DNA of 64,000 nucleotides, taken from NCBI GenBank assembly GCA_051362555.1, contig CM120640.1:11098001-11162000 (forward strand), in the 5' to 3' direction. The notes beneath the pieces are model-generated. The model ran no database searches, was not told where the DNA came from, and saw only the letters and a list, made by a program, of their open reading frames with translations. Each line of letters opens with the position of its first letter. The first letter of the stretch is position 1. This document shows positions 23,236 through 64,000 of the stretch, piece after piece. The position numbers were made by a program, and so were the translations under genes. This stretch comes from Lingula anatina (lineage: Eukaryota > Animalia > Brachiopoda).

Positions 23236-26200
23236 GTGAGTGCGTTACGTTATCCGCCTTTTACCGTTAAATATTCAGTTAAATATAAATACCTTTTGCA
23301 AATTTAGGCTACAGAAACAGTGTCATCTTTCTCTCCCTTCTTATTTCCCCCTCTCCTTCCAATTCTCTCTCTCTCTCTCTCTCTTTCTTTCACACACACA
23401 CACAACACAGATCACTGACGCGAACCTCAAGATTTTGGCTCTCACCGAACCGTTGATATTAATGCCATTTTTTCACAGAGTTGCTGGGATAATAGTTAAC
23501 TTGGATTTTGCTTACAGTATTCAGATATGGTAACATTTTGAACTCGGTTATCGGTTAAAACAATTAAAAAATATACCCTTACTAAGCTACAGTATATAAG
23601 TCCCAATAAGTATAACTCCTATTCTCTCCATCTACTAGTATATGGTCAAAAGTTTATAAGTTTATAGTTAGCTGAATCGATAATTTAGGATAAATCAGTT
23701 CGGCCGATTACACATGTAATGGAGGTAGTTTTTCCTTTGATATTCTAATCGGATGTTTGCTGTTTGTTTCCCTTACATTTTGTAGTGGTCGAACAATTGA
23801 AGGTTTGTCTGTTCCTTGGTGTGACCAATTTTGCTATACTCTTTATACCTGTATCCATTCTCATTGTGTATTATTCTGTCATTTGGTTTGAAGATAATTA
23901 TTCATGAGCATCACTGTAGCAGTTCTCCATTGCCAAGATTGCTGCTGAAAAATGAGGCAATCAACGGCATACTGTAGCTTTTCGTTTTACCTTGTTTATT
24001 CTACAGTCCAGCAAGGTGACTGCCATAAGTGACACAGAACGTGGAGAATTTGACTACTTAATATAGCAATTGATCTCCCTTATGTCCATATCTGTGGCAA
24101 GATTATTGAGATAAAGATTCTTTTCAGATGTAACACCCCTTAATCTTGACAGAGCCCTATATTTCAGTAGTAAATAATGCATGGTTGGCTATTGTTCCTC
24201 GTTAACCATGCCCACCAGCGACAACCTTGGATGAAAAGTATATCTGGTTGTCTGGTGATTTGTCACCAAGAGGAACGGCAGTAGTCCTAATCTGTGTCTA
24301 CTACACAACGGAATGTTGCCATACTGTCTGAATAGCTCGTGGTAACAATGACAACAAGAAAGTTCAGTTAAAAGAGGAGTGGGCCACAATCTTGACTTTT
24401 GGATCAATAGAGACTCTATAATACATATTCATGAAAAGTCTCGGTTGTGCATTTGTCTGGGATGTAGTATTACCATTTTATGTCGGAGGTAATAGGTAAT
24501 TAGTAAGAAAACAACAGGCTTTTCTTTGTGACAGTCACATATTGAGATTATATTGAATTTTGTTTAATCTCTGAAATTTGCTATTCTGCAGGTAGTCCTT
24601 GATCTAACAACAATCAAGTTTCCAAGATTTTAGTCAGGTATATTTTCATTTTTGTACATGGTAACACCTTTAACATTTTGTTTAGAAATTCAGAGCTAAT
24701 ACAAAATACCAGAGAAATGCTTTACAAATTTACCTAACCTAAGGTGGCATAGGCCAAAAGTTAGTAATAGAGGTGAAATAACTGTCAGGGTTAGAAAGAG
24801 CTGTCTTTTCCTACTAGTGATAGTGTTGTTTGCACCTGTAGGCTACACACTGCAAATGTTTTGTCAGTGCTTTCCCTTTTCTTAAAGGTTGATGGATTGT
24901 GTGTCATGAAAAATTTTTTAAAATAATGGTGGATGGATAGGCATTACCCATCTAAGATATCTTACTCTTTTCTGATGAATAGGGTGGTACAAATTAAAAG
25001 TTTGATGGACACATGGCATTTAAAGTTGATTTTACCAGATTTCAGTTCCTGTTTTTCTGTGTTCTTATCACGTTTGGTGTAGTGTTCTAGAATTTCTAAT
25101 TATTTAGCACCTGACAATTAGTTTCATTTGAAGATTGAATGTTTTAATTCAAGTAAGATTGTCTTATCTGATCTCAGTTAAGAAATGATTTGGAAACTTC
25201 TAATGTTAATACTACAGTATTTCTCTGTGGAAAAATTTCATCTTTTTGAATTATAACCCGGAAATTGAAAATAGTATGAATACCATGGAGTGTTATAGCT
25301 CTCTTACCATTAAGGATGGTATTTGGCTTGAGATATTGCTGTACTATGTTTCTCTGGGACAAAAATACTGTATGTATCAAATCCTGATTTGTTGTGAAAT
25401 GTAGAAATGGCCTTAGAATAATTTGGGTGTGCATATGAAGGAAAACATTAAATTTGAATGCCTACCCTTTCAACTATATTAAAAAAATATAAATTTGCAC
25501 TCATTACCTTGGATGTATGCTGACACAGAAGACTTTGTGATTGACATAGGCCGTGAATTCCATGCTCAGCATCATGGGAGTTAAGACAATCAGTTTATTA
25601 ACGAGCAGCAGGTCTTGTGATGTGACATTGCTAGGCAATAGACAGCCACTGGTAGATTTTGCAATACTGGAATGTGTAGGGGTACTCAATTCAACGATCA
25701 AGTGTCTGATAAGGTTTTTAATACAGGTAGTATATAAAAAGTCTATCTGGGGCACAGTACCTGTTATTTCAAATTAGGCACAGGTACAGTAATCAGCTAA
25801 GTAAAAGCTTGTGTTCTGAAATTTGTTTTACTGGCACTACAACATAAAATATAAGTGAGATTAACATTATTTAAAAGAAATTTTATGTGAATTGATAATT
25901 TCAGATAATTGACCTTGTTATGAATATATTTTTATACATTGAAAATGGATAAAAATGATTTTGTGTTTTGATGGGCTGCCAGCATATTGTACACTTAGCT
26001 ACCTGGTTTTATGAAAATAGATAATGAAAAATGCCTTTGTAGGCCAACAAGACAAACTGTTCTTTGGCACTAGGAGTGTCTGTAGACTACGTGAGAGTTG
26101 ACTTCCTGTTGTAGGTTAACTTTTAAATGAAAGCGAAGTTTATAATTTTAAGTACCATTCAGCTGGTAAGTGTTTGGTGACTCCACAAGTTCTGTGTACT

Positions 26201-29200
26201 TGTTAGCTAGGAAAAGCCAAAGACTTAAAGAAAGAAAAAACTCTGCTTTTACTTTGAACCTTGGAATTCTATCAACATTAGGCAGACTTACAAAACGGGG
26301 CTCAACATCTGGAATGTGGGCCCATTATTCTTATAGATGCTGTGAAGGTGATGGTGGCCAATTTCATCATTTTATCAGCTGTTATTTGTCCTAAGTGAAT
26401 ACCATAGTTATGGCATGGTCTTCTGGATTACAGAGTTGGTAAGTTATACATGGTCGTATTTCAGCAGATTTATTTGAGAAAATGTTTCACAGTATGGGAT
26501 ACAGACGTATCTGAATGGCATGTTGAGCAGTGAATTGTACAATTGAATGTTCCGGGATATTAAACTCGATGTTTGTTTGCATTTTCTGATAGCATTGATT
26601 TGGTTCTGAGTTGAGCTTACTGCAGGCTAGAATCAAGAAGACAAAAGATATGTAATTTCATTTATTGGAAAAAAAAAGAATAGTTGTATCATGCCAAGTC
26701 TGTGACTACTACCATGCTATGCAAGAAGAAAGGGGTAGGGATGGCAGACCATTGAAAAGCACATTAAGGTTAGGATATCTAATTTGGTGTGACAGAGGAA
26801 AAAGCACCCTGGGTGTATGTAAGCAGTGTCATGTCCTGGTGCTGTCATATCTTGTAGTCCTTACTGGGTACTTGGATGCTATCAGAAACCTTGTTCATAA
26901 AACAAAACATGGCCTCACAGAAGTTGAATCCGATACCATGGGAAATGAGATTTTAGCCACTGCTGATCAGGTCCTAACTTTACTAGAATATGCTGGTCGT
27001 CAAGTACATGGATAAGTTTCTGTCATTGGAATATTGTGGTTTTTAATCATATCTCATGTATATTTCCAATGTGTATATCAGGCCCAAATTGGGAGAGTGC
27101 TTTTCCTCTAAAGAATGCGTGGGTATGCTATTTTACTTCTTATCTTTTTGTGTGCATTCTTTGGTGTGTGACATGTCTGTATGTAATAGATTTTAAGAGG
27201 TGGAAGGAGGTGTCATCCAGACTTGTATGACCAAGGATGGGTTTTATGCCAAGTTCTTTATGACTGACTATACTGCCAACAATGAAAATATTGGGGGTGT
27301 AGCTTAATGTAACTGAGATACAGATTCTTCTAATGTCATTATCTCATCTTATTCAACATATTCCCAGTAATCTTTTCTAGATCCAATGTGGTAAGTGTCA
27401 GTGCCTTTTCATGTATCATATAATTAATATTAGTTTGCTTTGACAAATTCCCCTTGTCTTTTTGCACTGATGTTTATATTTTGTGTGAAATGGAGGGGAA
27501 CCCCATCTGTCTGCACATTGATTCTGTGGAAATGGTTTGAAAATGACATTAATGGCCATTTTATGTGAAGGGATTGTTTTGTGGGGATAGTTTGCTGTTT
27601 TTGGAACTTTACACACACACTGCTTGATGAGTGAAGGTAAACGTCTGGGTGATGCCAACTTACAGGATGAAAGCATTTTTAAATCCCATGTAAGTGGAAA
27701 GACTGTCAGCATCCACAGTTAAAAGGTGTTGACAGTGACTTACCTGCCTTCCACTACCTATCAGCATTGCTTTTGACACTACTATGAATGTCAGGGTGGT
27801 GGATCTTTGGCCTGTCACTTAGAAAAGATTAAGTGAATTAACAATGATATGCTACTGCATTTCTAAATGTGTTAATTTAATTCCACGAGCTTCTGGTTTT
27901 GTGCCTGTTAAGGATGGGCTGACTTCTTTGCAATAATGTGATAATGATAGGACTATTTTCTCAGGTAGGTATTAGGAGGTGGGAGGGTCATATAATGACA
28001 ATAATAATGTAATGATGCAAAGATTAATCATAAGCCCAGAGCAACTTGGAGGATCAGGCAAGCTTTGTAAAGAGAACTTCACTGCTCTTTCCTGTGATAA
28101 AATTCATCTAGTTGGGGGTTCTCCTTATATCATAAATCACGATTATAATACCCTAGACAATTAAGATTGCATGAGGAATTAAATTTTTGTATGTTCTTCC
28201 CTTGCTTCCCACTATTTTAATTGATATCACCACAGGATAATAATACATACTTATGTGGCCAAGTCAGTCCATTTGAATGTAAGGGCCTGTAATATATTGG
28301 CCATCAAATGAGATGATCGTATTACCTGTAACTGATATGTGTCTCTCTGTGGTGGAAATGTCAGTTGTAGGTCATGGATGCATTCTGTGCCTTGGTATAT
28401 TGTTTCTTTTTAAAGTGCACCTTGGTGAAGGGTACATTTTATATCGCAGACTAGAGAGGATAGAGGATGACAGAGAATAGTATGGTTCATGTTTTACACT
28501 TAAGTCTTGGGCACAGTCTAGTGAGTTCACTATAGTGATAGGGTACGAAAATTCAGTTTAATGTCATTCTTGTTCAATAAGGTTAGCACCTAGTCTAGAA
28601 GTATTTTTTAGCCTTTTTGTATAAGTATAATATGGCTGCATCCATCAACTTTTTAATTCAAGCCAATTTGAACAGACTCCCTGCATTAAGTTGTATGTCA
28701 ACACATTAAAAGAGGTAGGTGGTTGATAAATGACGAGTTCCAGACTGAGGCCTAGACTTTTAATTGCAATCAGACTGTCTTCTTCCTGGAGTTCATTTAG
28801 AAATAGTTCAAGGACCAATCAGCATTCCCTTTTACCCTTCATATAACGCAGCAGAAGAACAGAAAAATAGTATTTTTACCCCCTTGTTTTCACTTTCCTT
28901 TAGTTATTTTATGGAATGGAATTAAAGAATTCATATATTGAAGAGGGGAAAATTTTGTGGGATTGTTCTTATTGAAAACAAGGTTGGATGGGACCCATGA
29001 TATGCATTTTAATTGCTTATTTTCACTTGAAGAACAGCACTAAGCAACAATATTTTTGCATATGTCCTATTTAGAAACTTTTGTTAATATCTGCAAAGTT
29101 ATTGTTTGTTATTCAGGCTTTTTCATTGATTTTCAAGTGTGAGGAACAATCTCAGAGTTAGGCTGACCTTGTCCTGTAGAAAAGTCATTCCGTATGGGGT

Positions 29201-29889
29201 GTTAAGAAGTTCAACTTAACAGACCTTGTTTTAGTTTCATTCCCACTCCTCCCGACTCATAAACACTGATGTTTTTTCAGTGGTTATTTAGGTTTAGTGA
29301 ATGTGAAGGGTACGAAAGTTAACAGCAATCTACATAGAGAAATAAAATGGATTTCACGTGTAGTTAATTTTAAGCAGTTTTATTGCTTTTACCTGGAAGG
29401 AAGAATCAGTGGATAAGCTTAATTGAGTCGTTATAGCCAGTTTTACATGTGTCAGATCATAAAATTCCAACAGATTATTAGCATCATTATGTTCTTAACT
29501 TACGTCACACCTGTTAAAATGTCTGTGGTAAATTGTTTTGGTTCATGATAAGTTAACATATATTATTTGTAAGTTTAGAAATGGGAAATGTTTATGTAAA
29601 AAAGAAATAAAAGTAAAATTAAAACATCACATCATGGACAAGATGTTGTATGTCTAAATGTGTACTCTCTTTACAGTTCTGTTGCTGATGATTGAAAAAA
29701 TATATTTGTCACTAGGTTGCTCTAATCTTGATCAGGAAATGTGCAAAAGTAAGAATAACAATTTCAGATACATAAGCAAGTATTAATATTTTACCAATAC
29801 AAAAGAAATATTAAATAGAACAGTTTTAAGGTATGTTATTTTCTTTCAGACTGATTAACAACATTGGAGAAGAAATAAAAAGGATATAA

Positions 29890-59608
<29,719 letters not shown>

Positions 59609-60241
59609 AATGATGTGATATTTCTTTCAATTAACACTTATCCTGGCACGTTTTCTACTTATTGACTCTAAAGTTGTCCTGTAATGTTATCAGTAGTACA
59701 ATAACGTCCTGTTTCCAGGTTTAGTGGAACAAAAATAACATGTCAAGACTGTATATGTTGCTAATGTTATATTATATTATAGGTGCCTGGATTTTTACCA
59801 AATTGAATACAGATTTTGCTTTTAATGAAAAGTCATACCTGTACAAGTGAATTCTGTTAGATCTGATCTGTCTCCGATCTGTTCCACTTTGATTTTAACA
59901 ATTTATAGCCATTCAAAACTAGTAAAACTGCTTATGTCAATTCATTTCTTTATTTTACTGTATTAAAAATGTCATTGTTATAATTTTTCCCAATATTTGC
60001 AACAAATTGAACAGCATGTTGGTAGTTTACATGGTTAAATGTTGGGCGTCTTACAGTTAGTTAATTATTTCAAAGTTGAGCTTCATTATTTTCACATTAT
60101 ATAATGCAGAATCTATGCAAAATAAGTGCATTTAATGCGTGTTTATTATACTTAATGCTTTTATAATTATGTATTATGTATTATGTACATTTATGTATAT
60201 AGTGTTGTTTATATACAAAATGTTAATTTATTCCGTGCAGC

Positions 60242-60247
60242 AATAAA
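60242..60247 (+). terminator. Candidate polyadenylation signal of ANKRD6
   Basis: AATAAA about 630 nt after the stop, preceded by TGTA-rich sequence and followed by T/GT-rich downstream elements. Confidence 0.6.
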
Positions 60248-61332
60248 GTATTTTCTTAAAGACACCAGGAAGTTTTTCCTATTCTTAAACTTGGTTCAGG
60301 TTCCTTGTTGGTTCCTTGAATGTTTGTCACGTTCAACATAAAAGATTACATGTGTTCAAATTGTTGATTTTATTTTTTCTTGAAAATGAAATTTTTCACA
60401 GATTTTGGGAATACAGGACATTACTGATATTTTCTTGATTTGTTCGTGTCTGGTTAAACTGACTTGCAAGTCAAATGAAAAGTATTTACAAAAAAACAAA
60501 AAAAAATGCAGTTTACATCAAGGAGAAAAACAAAGAACATCTCTAATGACATCTTTTTACAATTAATTTTAATTACGATTATGTTTTTGGACCCGCACAG
60601 AACCCCCAATAATTAAATGAAAGTGTACGTGTATAAAATATGCTGAGACAACTCCCCTCTTTGTACGCCTAAAGTTGGGTGCAGTCTGCAGTTAAAAGGC
60701 AAAGAATGAGGCTTGACCATTTTGGTCTTTGTAAATAATGTCCTGCCAAGTTGTAGGTAGGAAAATATCAGCATGTAAATATAATTCAAATCGACTTAGA
60801 GACCAATTACGTTGGTACTTTGCATAAGCCAGCTCAAACAAGTTTTTCTACAAAAAAAGACGGATCACACATATGAAACTGAAACTTGTGCCAGTGTTGA
60901 GCAAATTTCTAGTCTTTCATGATCATCATAAAGAAAAAAACAATACCTTAGATCTGATAATTATGATGTAGAACCTGTTTCAACAATGTACATTAAATAA
61001 TAATAATACATTATAAATAAATACATCTCCCATCAGTAATCTACACTTTTAAAACTTAGCTGCCTGGGATACCACTGCTGCAAAATTGTATTTCAAAGTA
61101 TTTGTCTATTTTACCATTCCACTGAAGAATCATGCATCTAAATATATATAATTGTGGAACCTATAAAGTCTTTGTTTGCATTCATTCTCCACTAAGTGAA
61201 TACTGTTACATCATAATATTTTCTTTCAAATTCTTTTCCTTTAGAATATGGGCCAGTAACACACTATGCAGAATATTCATACTCTGCACATGTGGACCCA
61301 CAGAGCATTTTCAGATTTTATCTCAACAATTA

Positions 61333-63871
<2,539 letters not shown>

Positions 63872-64000
63872 CTGAAAAGACCAACACTTTAACCAAATGT
63901 ATATTTTAATGATATGAAGTCATCAAATTCAAATTTTTTGTACTAATTTCATGTTATGATTTCAATTAGTTTGTTATATGAATTTTTGCATGAAAAGTGA

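Noticed and set aside
26665-27015. 116-aa plus-strand ORF in the ANKRD6 5' intron
   Set aside because: It has a non-ATG start, no recognisable domain, and no good donor to link it to downstream exons.

Overview
AT-rich metazoan genomic DNA with spliceosomal GT-AG introns, probably from an invertebrate (a lophotrochozoan or mollusc-like animal is my inference only). I reconstructed four protein-coding genes by reading exons and splice phases by eye. (1) A complete 19-coding-exon USP16/USP45-family deubiquitinase on the minus strand (1906-10760). (2) An intronless Frizzled-9/10 receptor on the minus strand (19627-21492). (3) A complete ANKRD6/Diversin/Diego ortholog on the plus strand (29890-59608, about 1485 aa), with one ankyrin repeat per exon and a very large Q/P/H-rich tail. 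(4) The 3' four exons of mitochondrial thiolase ACAT1 on the minus strand (61333-63871), running off the window. Introns carry several non-autonomous TIR DNA elements: a 2.5-kb TA-flanked element containing a satellite array, two TTA/TAA-flanked Harbinger-like elements, and a ~220-bp foldback family in three copies. The most interesting signal is a Frizzled receptor lying head-to-head with the Fz/Dvl-side PCP adaptor Diego/Diversin across a ~1.4-kb candidate bidirectional promoter in a CpG-rich domain. Other notable signals are ANKRD6 N-terminal exon switching with a TGATG stop/start overlap, a DSGYSS degron plus a C-terminal PDZ motif on ANKRD6, and a possible frameshifted secreted micropeptide unit divergent from USP16/45. 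No database searches or computations were run, and family calls rest on recalled motifs.
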